Part shown: piece by piece, positions 35,301 through 50,300 of the stretch
Position numbering within the stretch: the first letter of the stretch is position 1
Layout of the letters: each line of letters begins with the position of its first letter
Assembly (NCBI GenBank): GCA_965202585.1
Contig: OZ241830.1
Coordinates: forward strand, 49,290,001-49,354,000
From: Thalia democratica
Lineage: Eukaryota
Reading direction: 5' to 3'
Length of the DNA: 64,000 nucleotides
The notes under the pieces: model-generated
What the model was told of the DNA's origin: nothing
What the model saw: the letters and a program-made list of their open reading frames with translations, nothing else
Databases searched by the model: none
Program-made: the position numbers and the translations under genes

Positions 35301-38300
35301 ACAAATAAAGATATTTTTGTTAAATTTAAAAAAAATTTGAGTTATTATTTTTAAGATGCTACGCAAATATGAACCACAAAAGGGTCTATAAATGTTTTTT
35401 TAGTTTCCGTAACATTAAACATAATTTATTTTTTTTTAAGATTAAAACAAATTCGTCATTGATTTTTAGATTCGTCAGTGAACTTAGACTTACAATTTTT
35501 TTTTTGACTGAGTATGAAGACCCTAAATAAAAACAAAAACTGAATAACCAAAAATGGCCAATATCTCAAAAAATATTAAGTTTATATAACAAAAACAATA
35601 CATATTAAGTATAAAACAAAAATAATGAATATTGTAGTTAATTCACTGAAAAATATTGAAAGGAAAAGTAGGAAAAATTTATATGTATTTATTTATTTTA
35701 TATGTTAGATATGCTACGAAGACTATAAAAAGCCAAAATGTTCTACTTTTTCTGTAAGTTCATTACCGACCCGATAAACCCGAAATCAAAAAAAAAACAT
35801 TATTCGTTTTAGCTGTATCAATTAACTATTAACTTTTGTAAAAATATACTTTAACAACAAAGAAACTGTTGCATGTTGAAATTTTTAAGTCTAAAAATTA
35901 TCTAAAATTTTCATTATTTTTAAATGATTGTCGTATTTAATAAACTGTTTGAAAACTTTTAAAAACTATGTTTTGTAGGATTTTCAAAACAAGCTGTTAT
36001 AACTCTATTTAAGTTTAATCTTTTTCTCAATTACATTTAACGTTAAACTTTTTTTTTCTTAAGTTAAACCTTTACAATTGTAATAGTTAAATACAAAGAT
36101 TTTTATATTATAGTCTATAACCTTTTGTAAGTCTAGCGCAAACGTTGTACAGTTGTTGAGTATTCTATTATTACATTAAAGTCAGTTAGTTTCCATTTTC
36201 AATTAATAAAACTTGCACAGACCTTTTTAGATAATGGAATTAAAACAAACATTAGGCGAACGTGAACATTTTTGTTTTATTTATTTAAAAATAAGAATTT
36301 TTAGATATAACTTTCCTAAATAAAATCTATAAAACATTTATGTCATTTGACAAACCGAAAATGCATGTAATGTTGACTGACCGTCTACCTTTTAATTCAT
36401 TAATAAATGTCTACCTAGACCTAGAGCGAAAAAAATCAATGACACTAAAACAGACTTGTTTGTTGATACTTCACGTGCCAGGATAATCAAACCTCGTCTA
36501 GTTATTCTTTTAAAACTTTAAGTTAAGTTTATATAATATATGAGAAGTATTACAATTTGTTCATTTTAATTGTTTTAAGCTCAACTAAATTAAAACTTAT
36601 GTTGATATATTTATTGTTTTGTATTAGTTATATTTAAATGACTTTAAAATACGTAAGCACAAACGAAACAACAACAAAAAAATAACTTTAAAAAAAATAA
36701 AAATACTTAAAGTTAATGTTAAAATAATCATAACTATGAGCAAAAGATCGTTGAAACTCTTTTTTATAAAGTAAATGTAATGGTAAAAAACAAAAATATC
36801 AACAATAAATACTAATTCAAGTCGTAATTAAAATATTTTGGATATTATATAAACTTAATTGAAAGTTTTAAAAAAGAATATATAGACGAGATTTGATAAT
36901 CCTTATATTTGTTACATTAATAAACAAATCTGTTAAGTGGTTTTATCTAAAAATTATGATTTTCAACTAAGTTAAACAAAATTATTCTAAATCGTTTAAA
37001 GATTGTTGTAATTCCATTATCTAAACAGATCTTTGCAAGTTGTAGAAAAATTTGTGCAAGTTTTTAAGCTGAAGTGTAAACTTGCAGACTTAAAAATGGT
37101 AATAGATAAGTAAATACCTTTACAACGCTTGCGCTAGATTTACAACAAAACTGACTGTAATATGAAAATCTTTTTATCTGAATATTACACTTGTAACGGT
37201 TTATTTTTTTTAATTTACATGAGTTAAAATAATATTCAATTTACCTAAATTACAGGAATATATAGATTAAATGTAGTTAAAACAGCTTACTTTAAGAGTT
37301 CAACAAAGCAGAATTGAAAAAAAAGACAATCTAGTAAATCTTATTTAATCAAAAAAATAATTTCGATTTAAGTAGGTTGATAAAAAGAAAAAAATTATAA
37401 TAAGGAAAAATATTTAAATTTATAAGAATAATTATTAAAAAAATATTTTAGTTAGAACTATATAAACGTTAAGCTTTGGTTAAGACAAAGTAAACTATCT
37501 TTTAATATAAGAACAATTTTGTAAACATTAGTTTGGTTTCAAAACAAACACTTATTAAATTAATTCTAAAAACAACTATTTTTTTTATTTATAGGGTTAG
37601 AAACGAACGGGCAATATATAACCGGGTTAGGTATGATCAGGTTAGAATTGATCAGGTTAGAAGGGATCGGGTTAGAACAGATTAGAAATAGTTGGGTTAG
37701 ATATGATCGGGTTAAAAATGATCGGGTTAGAAGTGATCGAGTTAGAAGTGATCGGGTTATAAGTGATCGGGTTATAAGTGATCGAGTTAGAAGTGATCGG
37801 GTTATAAGTAATCGGGTTGGAAATGATCGCGGGTTAGAAATTATAGTAAACCGTAATAGATACAATATATAATTAAATCCGACTGTTATAAAACTTCATT
37901 ATATTTTTAATGATTAAATCTAAATTATGATTAAGTAAAGTAAAATACAAAATAAAATAACAAATCAAAATATAAACCAATCACATAAAAGTTGAAGAAA
38001 TACTGCTTCGTAAGACTACACGGTCATTAACTATTCGAAAAAAAAATTAATAATTACGCCACAATATTATGCTGTAATACATTAACATAAAAAAATGATT
38101 TTCTTTGCATTGCAAAATAGATAATATATTCTTTATGTCTATAAAAACAGTCAGGCACTTTAAATAATTTTTTTTATAATTATTTTAAATACTTAATAAG
38201 TTATCTATTATAAATAAAAAGAACCAAAAATAACAAATATTATTTACTGAATTAATAAACAAATAAATAAATATAAATTGAAGTGCCACAAAATGATTAT

Positions 38301-41300
38301 CGTTTAGTTATAGTTTAAGGTAATTAAAGCTATAGAAACTTGGATTAATATATATTTATAAAATGTTTATAACTGTTAAATAAATAAAAAACTTTTTAAC
38401 CACTTACACGCAGATCCGAAAGACACCAAAGCACATAACTAAAATTGTTATTAAGCATTCAAAGCTCTGACCAATAATCAAGTTACAGCACCGTTCTTAA
38501 AGATACCACAACTTAAGCTGCGTATTAAACAAGATAGTTAATTAAAACTTTAAAAAAGAGCAGTCGGGTGTTAGAATTAATTAGATCTTATACAGATGTT
38601 TTAAATGTATGATAAATTAAGAGTTTGTGTTTATTGTGAATGTAAAAATGTAAAATAACAAGGTGGTTATGTCCTAAGCAGGGGCGTGTCTAGACTTTTT
38701 TCAAAGGGGGTTCACAATTTTTTTTTGTTCTTAATTTCCCGCTTGTGTACGCATTTCTTAGGTATGCACTGCCAGCTAAGTACGCAGTATCTAGCCGAAA
38801 AACTCTGTGTTTAAAATGCTTTTTTCTGCTTAGAAACAAAAAAAAAACATATAAGTAGTAATGGAAAAATATTATATATTTTTATTTATTATACTGTATT
38901 AAGTTTAGATAAGTTAAAACTAAAAGAGCCGGAAAAAATATATCTATAATAAAATCACTTTTTTAAGTAATTTATTTTATAAAAATTTGAATTTTACTAA
39001 AAAAATGGGTAATTACCTAGGATGATGTCGCACTAATATCAAGCTGAAACGATATTTAATTCAATGTTGTTTTTTACCATAATTATAGGCTTAGAAATAC
39101 ATATAAAAAAATTTATTTATCATAAACCAATAAAATTTAAATACTTAATTGCTTATATTTTTAAAATAAAGTAAATTATACATTAACTTATATTCATTAC
39201 TATAGTGTAAAATAAAATTAATTAAGTATTTCAGTTTATAAAAAATGAATTTAATTCTAAATATGTATTTATAAGCTTGTTTAAAACGAAGTGTAATTTT
39301 AGATCAATCATACAAGGCTTAAAATATTGATTTTAAGTATATAATTATGGTTCAAAAAGATATTAAACATAATAAAATTTCAGCTTGATATTGGTGCGAC
39401 ATCATCCTAGGTAATTACTAAAAAATGTTTAGACTTTTACAACTAAATTGAAATATCTTTAAATTATAATTAAATGTTTGCCTGATGGTGCAGGAATTCT
39501 TGTAATGATTTTAAATCTTTCTGAGTTAAAAATTTCAAAAAATCAAGAACCAACTTTGTGGCCGACAGATATATAAAAATAAAACAATTTAAATAAAAAA
39601 TATTGAAATACTACTAAATGATAAAAGAGTAAATTGCCATGTGGTGTAGTTGTCTAAAGATGATTTTGAAAACTCTCTGAATTGAATTTTTCAAGGTTTT
39701 AACCCAGTTGGTTGACACATAAACAAATAATATAAATGCTTAAGTATAAACACAACATTATCATATAACAGCTAAACACAAAAGCTTCACACAACATTAT
39801 TATATACAATAAACTAACCAAAATAAAACTTTAGTGGTTATATTGGACATTTTTTTAAGTAAAATTGTAGTTACTAGTTCAAAAACAATACTGTATGTAA
39901 AGTTATTTACGCTAAGTTATAATTTATAGTGGGAACTAAAGCATCTTAGTAAAAAGTTTACTAGAAAGAAAATGCTACTTTAAAACTTTTACCTATTATA
40001 ACGTCACAATTAAAATTTTATTTATAATCTATTTCAGCTGGGCAAAATAGAGCATTTTTTGTTAAGGAATTTTTTTAATCTTTCAGTGTTATAAGTTCAA
40101 CATTCATTATTCAAAGTTTATCAAATAACCAAAACAAAGTCAATAAACAACGTTTTTAGTGTAGTCTAAGAATCTTTTTTCTTTTCTTTTTTTTTAGTGG
40201 GTTCACAGGAAACAGGAAACCAGTCAAAACACGCTCCTGGTCCTAAGTATAAACCTGCAGTAAAAAATCCTCTTAGCGAACTATTGGGCGTAGTAGGTAA
40301 AAAAACACGGTTTCTCTGTGATTTGAGTACAGGCTTCCAATTAAACTTGGACCTTAATACATAAAGGAACATGAGAAGTATATAGTTGAGTAAGAGGTAA
40401 AAACCAGGTTGGAGATTGAAAAGTGACATGTATTAAAAAATAAAAAATAAACAAAATTTATGTATTAATTTATGATAAATTATGTAAATATATATGTTAT
40501 GAGAGTGTGTGTTTATGTAAAAGAAAAGGGACACGGTTAAATATCAATATTAAAGCAAATATTAATTCTTTTTTAATGAAGTTAAACTGTGAAAATAAAT
40601 TAGGTTTTATAATTAAAATAACTGACTACTTAACTTTAAGAAAAACAAAAAAATAATTGTATAACTACGTCAAATATGGTATTTTATTATAATTCTAGTT
40701 AAATTTTTCATACAACATAACACTCGTTTTAAATATTTAAGAACTTGAAACTAAGTAAAAAAACTTAATAGATTTACTATAATAATACTAATAACACTGA
40801 ATTTACAAACAGTAATAGTTTATTGAACTTAATAAATAATTCGACGCTCAAAAACATGGTTAAAAGACCTAATTTGTAGATTGATCTTTTGTCCATACAC
40901 ACCACTTATTGGCATTTTTTTTTAAATTGAGCTGTAGAAAATTAGCTTTTAATTAATCTTCTTTAATTTTTAATAAAGAAAGGAGAAAAGGAAAACAAAA
41001 AATTACGATTTTAGAAAACAAAACAGTATAATTACACGAAAAAAAAATCGTAAAAAGTTAAATGTTAGTATTTAAATGGCAGAAAAACTTTCTTTATTTA
41101 TACTTAGATCTAGTAAGTCTGCGTTACACATATTGCTTAACCTTAATAAAATGTTACAGAACTCTTTCAAAAAATAAAAACAAGTCTAAGCTAAGGTTTT
41201 ATCACATTTTCGATGAATTGCTATTGATCTTGAACGGCGGTAGAATATATGTTCCTTAGCTTAGGATTTTAGTTTTTTAAGGTTAATGACTAGGCCAAAA

Positions 41301-44300
41301 TCTGGTCATGATGACAAACAAATGATCAAATAGTGTATAAAAATCTTAATCGGAGTTAGCTACGAGTCAAGCATTATCAGCAAAGAGAAAATCACCTACT
41401 GTAAATCTATTTTTGTTATTGTAATTTTGTATTAGTTACTGAATTTTGTTTTCGTTAAGTTCTAACTCTTACTTGCATTTAATTAAGATAAAAAAGTTGA
41501 AGTATTAAATTATATTATTTTTAAAGCGGTCGAAAAAAGCAAAGAAGTCGATATAATATACGTGCCTAGTCATCTTCATCACATATGCTTCGAACTTTTT
41601 AAAGTTTGTTTAATCTTATTACTTATAATATCTAAGTGTTGTATTAAATTTTAACAATAATAATTTTGCATTTCTATCTTTCAATGAAGGGATTAATAAA
41701 TTAAGCGGTGTTATTTTATTTAACCTTTTAAGACGAAAATTGAAGTCATGTTATTTCTAAATGTTTGTAAAGTTTATGCGTTTAGTTAATTAGTAATTAT
41801 TACAGCATATAAACTAAAAGTTAGTACACAAAATGTTTATTTATAAAAATTTTTATAACAATATCCAATAATAATAACATTATATTAGAATAAATCATAG
41901 GGTAATACAAAAATAAAACAAAGAAAAAAAATCAATAGTTTTCGTTAGATCAATTTACTAAGTCGATTGATACCTTTGGGTTAATAAACTGTCAATAAAA
42001 AATATTCAAATGCATTTAATAAGACATAGTTAAAAAGAGTATTTATTAAATTAACATAATGTAGTAATGAAATTCATTTTACTGTCAATAATGACAAAAC
42101 AAAAAGACCAAAAAAACTCTATTTTGCTGCATGTGTTTGTAATTTGGACGAAACAGAAAACTGCCAAGTATTTAATCTAGTATGCAGTTTTCAAAAGATA
42201 CCAAATTAAATTAAGTATTTTGTTATAATGAACTATTTAAGTATAGTTATTTTTCATCTATGAAAAGTTTCATAAGTGTTCATATTTATTAAATATTTAA
42301 ATCTTCAAAAATACCTCCAAAGTGCAGTGATTGCTTGAAAACATATGATTTGCCCTTTTTTGGATAATGTCTCAATAAAGAGGTTTATAAAACTACTTTT
42401 TCATTAAAATGAGTTATATAAGTATAACGAACCCATTAGGGTATCGTTAAACGCTAGGTATAAAAAAACAACAAGACAATATTGATAGCAACACAGGATC
42501 GCATACAACTTTATTAAACAAAAACAAAAGAAATAAAACGAATAATAATTAGTCAATTTTACACAAAGTGTAACACAGTGTACCTAAATTAACTTTTATG
42601 TGTTCAATTTGTAATTTTGAAATAATGACAATAATTAAAGTAAAGCTAATAAATATAGATCGCCAAATTTTAGATTCAAATCAGCTACTATTTCTCTACA
42701 TCACATCATAAGTCAAGTTATTTTCTATTATTTATAAATGTAGTATATTTTATTATTTTTTTGTGTTTACCATTTTTTTCAATTTTTTTTTGTTATAAGG
42801 TTTTTTTTTTATTAAAAAATTTTAATAAATGTTTTTTTTTTCTGTATAAGTATTTTATTTGTATAAAGTAATATTAATACTAAATAACAGAATTCTAAAT
42901 TATTAATAACTATTAAATAAATTATTAGCTATTTAATGCTTCCTTTGGTTTGATTGTTGTTATTGAGTTCTAATTTTTAGTAGTTGTTATTATTTTTACT
43001 ATCTATTTATATTCTCAAACTTTAGAATTTTATTTTTTACATTTATCCTAATGATGTGTTCAATATAGTGAAACATTGTTGATTAAGATAAAATGAATTG
43101 GTCGATTAAAAGTTGAAAATGGAAAATAGCTTAACTCATAACATACTTAAAAAATATTTTTAGAGCATAATTATTTATTACTTTAAACGTCTTACAACTT
43201 AAAATTAAGTTGGGGCAGAATAAATTTACTTAAGGCGTCGCATACTGTCCACTACTATGTTAAATAGTACTATAGTATTTATACTAGTAGTGTTAATAAT
43301 TATAGGAGAATGACTAAAGGATTAAGCTTTTTATACTTAAAACCGACACAAAAATGTCAAATTGTGAGAAAGAGACACCCACATAAAGATAAAGTATTCA
43401 TGAAAAATGTAAGCCGTGCAATTTTACTTAGTTTTTAACAATCATTTCAGACAAATAAAACGTTGTTTAAAGTTTTCCACAACAGAATGCTATGCGAGCA
43501 TCAATGGAGGTTTCAGACAACAACGAGTTGGATGAAATTCCTAAAATAAAAGTAACAGTAACGAAAGGAGATCATGATTGTTGTATTAGAATAAGCGATA
43601 TGGGTGGTGGTGCTTCCAGGTTGTTCTATACTTTTTTAATTTAATAAAATTAAGTTTAGTTAAAAAAAAGAACATTAATTAAAAGAAAAAAAGTATTTGT
43701 TTTAAATTTTTACAGTTTTGTTTTGTAAAAATATGTAACAAAGTTTTATAAAAAATTTGTAAAACATACCTTTTGTGGGCCTGTCACTTCTACCGTGGGT
43801 CGTCCATTTTCATTTGTGGGCCAGATCCCATTTAAGTTTAAAGAACGGCTGGGGACCGGTTATTAACAATCTGCGGGCCGTACATTGCCCACCCCTATTC
43901 TAGGTTGTTTTACAATTTTTATGACAAGTCTGACTAAAGTTTACTTATTTAGAGCTTATTACTGGTAGAGAGTAAATTTATTTTTCGTATTAAGGTGTTA
44001 GGTTAGAATTATTTGTACAAAAAGATATTACTTTATGTAGTAGGTTTCGAAACTCAGACTAACCATAGTTATTTTTTTCAGATCAGTATTTCAGATCGTT
44101 TATTTAGATACATAAATGCTAGGAAATGCTAAAGAATTGTGTCTTTTTTAGACAAACTGTGTTTATAAAATAATAATACAAGTATTCTGCTGATAGAACT
44201 TTTTATTGCAAATACATCAATCATACACATATGGTTCAAGTGATGTAATGGAAGTTTGATGATTGAATTCAGCAAAAAAAACTGTTGTTTTAAACTGTAT

Positions 44301-47300
44301 TAAAATCAGATTGAGAGCTTTATATAGTTTTAAGTGTTAGATTACGTATTTTAGAATAAGTTTAAATTAAGAGTTGGATTTAGAAAAGACAGGAAAATGT
44401 TACTAAAATGTCAGGAAAAGTCAAGAAATTTTTCTCAGCTTGATCTTGGCAACCATGATTGTTGCACAACGATACTTTTGCACAAAGGGTCACTTTTGCA
44501 CGAGGAGACACTTTTGCACGGCGACATTTTTTCACGATGACAATTTTTATAGCAGCATTGTTGCACAATGATACTCTTGCACGGAGGGTCACTTTTGAAC
44601 GAGGGGACACTTTTACACGGCGTCACTTTTGCACGAGGAGACACTTTTGCACGGCGACATTTTTTCACGATGACTATTTTTTACGGCAGCATTGTTGCAT
44701 AACGTCATTTTTTTACGATGAAACTTTTGCACAGCGACATTTTGGCACGATGACTTTTTCGCATGGAACATAAATTTTGCATGCAGGTCGAAAAAAAAGT
44801 TTTTTTAGCTAGTACCAAATCTGTAACATAAAAAGAAACTGAAAACTAAAATTTTGTAACATACCTATATTAAAAGCAAAAAATGAAAGGTTTAAACTCT
44901 TAAAAAACAGTAAAGTTAATGTTAGCAACAAACAAACGAAAAGATAAGATAAAATTATTTATAAAATATTCATACCAGGGACAAAAAATTTAATTTATTT
45001 AGGAACTAGGATAAAAAAAAAAGTTTAAGTGTAAGTAAATTTTTTATAGTTTATTTTGAATTTTAATATATTAATCAACAACTATACCTTTTTATATATT
45101 TTACTATACGGTTACAAGTTTATTGTCGATATGATGAACCTAGGCATCATAACCTAGACCACTTAAACTGAAAGGCACATAAAGAAAAAAACGAAATTAA
45201 CAAAAATTGTTAATTTATTAAAACAAAGATAAAACGATTATAACTTACAATTAGAATTTAAAGACTGAAAAAACTTTTTATACTATTTTTTCGATATTTT
45301 TTTGTACACTATTTTTAAAGTGAGATTTTTTAGAAAATAACTAATACAAAATAATTTATTAAAAAGTTACAAATAAGTGTCAATTTTTATTATCAATGTT
45401 TAAAAAAATGAAATTCAATTCGTTTAAATATATAATTTTATTTATAGTACATTTTTTATATATAATAAAAAAACGCACGCAATAGATTTATGTTTTTTTC
45501 AGAACATAAATGCAAAACAATTAACTGCTAAGTAAAAATCTAAGCTTAAGATAGCACCTGCCTTTTCAGTATTGCATAACGAAAACAATTTTACAATAAT
45601 ATCTGATTATGATAAAGTCTTATTTTTGTATAAGGCCTTTACGAATTAATAAATTAATGAAAAATTTTTAAACTTATTGATGACAACAGTCTAGAAGTGC
45701 AAAATTTTTTAAAAGCAATGATGAAATAAATAAATTTATCAATTAATTGAAAGATAAAATAGTACGAACAGCAGATAATATTCCTTCGTATTTTATCAAA
45801 TGTACTACTTATTCTATATTTTTCAAATATATCACTAATCTTTAATTATTCTCTTGCAAAAACAATGAATAAGTTTAATCTTTAAAACCAATACACAAAA
45901 AAGGTAGCAATTACAACCCTCAAATAACAGAAAAACTTCTTTGAAAAATAGCTTTGGCAGAATCTTTCAACATATAATTTCTGTAAAAATACTTAATCAT
46001 CTTATTTTTTTATTCCTTAAACAAATTATTTTTCTCCCTAACTGAACGTTCTGTTTTCAATTACTAGATTGCTAACACTCTTGGTTGGTATCTTTTTTAA
46101 GCAAAATGTCTACTAAGTTATCTATACAGAGTAAAAGCTTTTGACTCTGTCTCTCCATTTGAAAAAATAAAAACATTATTGCAATACAAAATTTATAGCT
46201 GTCTGGTTAGTTAGTTAAAAAAGTCTCTAAACGATACAGCTTCAGAAGTTGATGTTAGCAGCAACATTAGCCTTTTTGCAGATGACAAAAAATTTTTACC
46301 AATCGAAGACAACTTTACAATATTCCTTAGATATAATTTACGATTAGCTTAAGTAAATCAGACTAAACTAAAACCCTAGTAAATGTAAAGTTCTAAATAT
46401 AAAAAAAACACTACTATCTCTACTTTTGTTTTTAAAATGAACAATATCAAATTGTCTTCAACTGAAGTGTTTAATGATCTTTGAATTTTTATTGCTAAAA
46501 AATTTAAATGGATAACCATATTAATTACCTTTACTGAATTGCATCAACTAAATCTTTTCAAGATTAAAAAAGCCTTTAGTCTCCGGATATAAACAGCCTT
46601 AATAAGTTTTTTATCATTTAAACTCGTCTTAAGTTAAAATATAAAACTACAATCTGTTTTACATAAAAAAAAACCATATAGAATCTGTTCAAAGAAAATA
46701 TACCATGTTGGTCTTCAACCGCTGCAATATTTTAATAATGAGGCTTGGCAGAATTCTTTTTTTTATTGGTCAGTTGCAGTGTGGAATAAGCTTCTAAATG
46801 AATTAGTTTCTCGCAAAAACTTTAAAGAATTTCGATTTAAGTTAAATTTGTTTTATCTGAATTATATTTGTGTTAGTAAAATTAATAAGTATTTTTTCAA
46901 CCGTTGATTTAATTTTAAGATTTAGCTTAGTTTATAGTTCAATTTTATTAGCAGCACCTTTACTTTATTAATGATGAGTAATTTTTCAATGTAGTTAATT
47001 ATTTGATTATTCATCTGGCCAGTCTATTGTTAGTGTCCTTGTAGCTTTTTATGTTAACCTATAAATTTTATATCAAATTATGTTTTTATCTTTGTTTTAA
47101 TAAATAAACTAGTTGTGTTAATTTTATTTTTTCTTTATATTTCTTTCAGTTTAAGTGGTCTAAGTTTTGATGCTTAGGTTCATCATATCGACAATAAACT
47201 TGTAACCGTGTAGTAAAATATATAAAAAGGCATAGTTGTTGATTGATATATTAAAATTCAAAATAAACTATAAACTATTTTTATCCTAGTTCCTAAGTAA

Positions 47301-50300
47301 ATTAAATTTTTTGTCCCTGGTATGAAACTTTTATAAATAATTTTGTTTTATCTTTTCGTTAGTTTGTTTCTAACATTAACTTTTGCTGTTTAGGATTTTA
47401 AATCTTTCATTTTTTGCCTTTAATATAGGTATGTTATAAAGTTTTAATTTTCTGTTTCTTTTTTTGTTACAGATTTGGTACTAGCTAAAAAAATTTTAAT
47501 TGGCCTGAATGCAAAATTTATGTTCCGTGCGAAAAAGTCATCGTGCCAAAATGTCGCTGTGCAAAAATTTCATGGTAAAAATATGACGTTGTGCAAAAGT
47601 ATCGTTGTGCAACAATGCTAATGTAAAAAATTGTCATAGTGAAAAAGTGTCTCCTCGTGCAAAAGTGACCCATCGTGCAAAAGTGACGCTCGTGCAAAAT
47701 TCAAATAACTTGTAGGAAGCGGATTTAAATAAAAAGCCTGATAAAAAACTTATGACAAAAACAAAATTTGTTTGTTTTTTATAAGAAAAACTTTTTTCTT
47801 ACAAAAATTAAAAATCTGTTTTCTACAAGGTTTAAAGTCTATTAAAGATAAATGGGAGAAAATTTTAAAATAGTTGCTCGAAAACTGAAGAATGAGATAG
47901 ATTTTTAGTGAAATAGTCTATTTTTGCCCTTGTAGTTTGTGCTTCCCATAAAGAACCTATTGAACTCTCTAACTTTGATCGCTTATATCTCAAAACTTAC
48001 TTCGAATTTTAACAAGAGGTAACAAGTAGCTTATCTACATATGTAAAAAAGTAAGAATAAATTCGAAAAATTAGTGTTTTCTCCCCTATGCCCTTAATAT
48101 GATAACGGTATACCCACAATTTGTTTTTTTTTTTTCTTAAATTATTAGCAGCCTGATTTATTTTATCGAGCTATCTGATATGCTGATGCATAAGAATTTT
48201 TATATTGGTACTTCTATACTTGAAAAATGTTAAAGCTCTGTTTTATTTTTTGAATAAAAATTTAGTTTAATATTACTAACAAAATTGCCACTCACTTAGT
48301 ATAACTATTTTTTTTAATATCAGAATACTTTTTAGTTTTGAGAATATTTTTATTTACTTTATTTTAGTTAATGTTTTTTGTTTATACTAAACTTTATTAC
48401 TTAGATTTTGAAAGTTTTCTAATACATTATTTAATTTAACAAAAAATGTTTTCAATTGTTAGCTACCATTAGTTTAATAAACTTTTACTTTTTTTTAAAT
48501 TTTACAATTAAACTCAGAGGTTTTTCAATGACTTAAATTTGTTTAATTTCAATAGTGGAAATCTTTAACTAAAAACTTTTATTTTGTATTTTCACCAATG
48601 AAAGAAATATAGCTTTAAATTAAATTTGTGTATTTTTACTATGGTTAGTTAAATTTTCAATTAAAATTTATAAGTACTTGTTAATGTGTAGTACTTTCTC
48701 TTCGTTATGTGTTTTCTAAGTTATTTATTCAATAAAACTAAACTATACTAGACAAGTAGTGATGAGATGGATGGAGTACTTGTATTCCACTGCACCACCC
48801 CCGTCTGCTAATAAAAGTACCAGAGTTGCACCACTTGTAAGTTATTTTTTATATTTATTCTTCTTGTTTTATCTGTATGTAGTTTCGTTTTTTATGCCTA
48901 GTCCTTTTGTTCTTCTTAAACTAGATATTATTTTTTGCTGTTTTCTGAAATTAATTAAGACAAAAACTTTAAAACAAAAGAGTGCAAACCAGACTTGGTA
49001 AAAAGCGGTGTTTTTGTTTTATACCCGGCAGTAGGATTTAAATTAACTATGCTAGAAAATACTTTAAAATAAAGAGATTAACTCCAGCGCGATCAAGCGT
49101 ACCAATTATTTTTTTCTTTTGTTTTTTTGTTTTTCTAAAGTTCTCTATATTTACTGTAAGGCTTAAATCGTGTCTAGAAACAAAACAGCTATGGTTGATG
49201 ATTTTTCATTTGTACCAAGTCGGGTGCAAACTATTTTCAAAACAATATTTTAATTATATAATCTTAAAGCTGGTCATTTTGGTGTTGGTATACTAAGTTG
49301 TAATTATAAATGGAATCAATATTACTTTTAATTTCAAATAAGGTATTATTGAAAATAATCATACAGGAGGATAAATTTGTTACAGTCTTACACATCAAAA
49401 ATAAATTTTAAAATAATTTGTTTAATTACTCTTATATCGCCAAGAATTTTTTTTGTTAAAATACATAAACTTTTTTAAACAAAATAAGTTTTATTAATCA
49501 ATGTTTTTGATTTAATATTTTTTATGATTGAAACTATGATTTATATTTAAAATAATACAATAAAATTAATCACAGGCTGGTTATGGATACGGATTACCGT
49601 TATCGCGGTTATACGCTAGATATCTTGGTGGAGATTTGAATTTACAATCGTTGGAAGGCTATGGCACTGATGCCTTTATATATCTAAAAGTAGTTTATTT
49701 TATATATTCAAGTTAAAGTATGTATCCGATTTGTTGTTGCAAATTTAATGATAGTACATTAATGTTAGTACAAAAATTATCTTAAGTATATATTTAAAGT
49801 TTATATTTAAGCAATGTATTTACATGTGGCAAATATATATGGTAAACAGACCAAAAAAAAGCAAGTTTAATTTAAAGATTAGGACTTTTGTAGTGTTTCT
49901 ATACTTTTTTTTGAGCAATTGCTAAGATGCTCCCTATGTGGGAATTTAAATAATGATGGATCTGTATTTGCTGAATGAAAATTAGTTTTAATGTTGCTAA
50001 AATAATAATGTTATAAAAAACCAATTATTTTTTTTTTGTCTACTGTAATAATTTTGACTAGTTTTATTTAAACAACGTTAGTCTTTACTGTTATAACTTT
50101 TTTTTAACCTATGGTGTTAAAAAATTTTTCAAATAATTTTCAAAATCTTTTATAAATAGGTGGGGAAATTTAAACTAAAACAACATGAATAACAGGAAGT
50201 TATTAATCAATTTTTAGTTAGTTATCACTTTTTAGTGATTATTGTTTACTTAAAACATCTAAACCTCGTGCTTTTATGTTCATTCTTGTTATAAAATAAC

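Noticed and set aside
34731-37872. ORFs with IGLEV / RSDRV / LLTRS repeats
   Set aside because: They are translations of the 15-bp terminal arrays of a foldback element and are open on both strands simply because the unit lacks stops.
44380-44773. Overlapping ORFs and a CRISPR-like look of the 17-bp repeats
   Set aside because: The units are contiguous degenerate repeats without unique spacers, mirrored in the right TIR; eukaryotic context and no cas genes.
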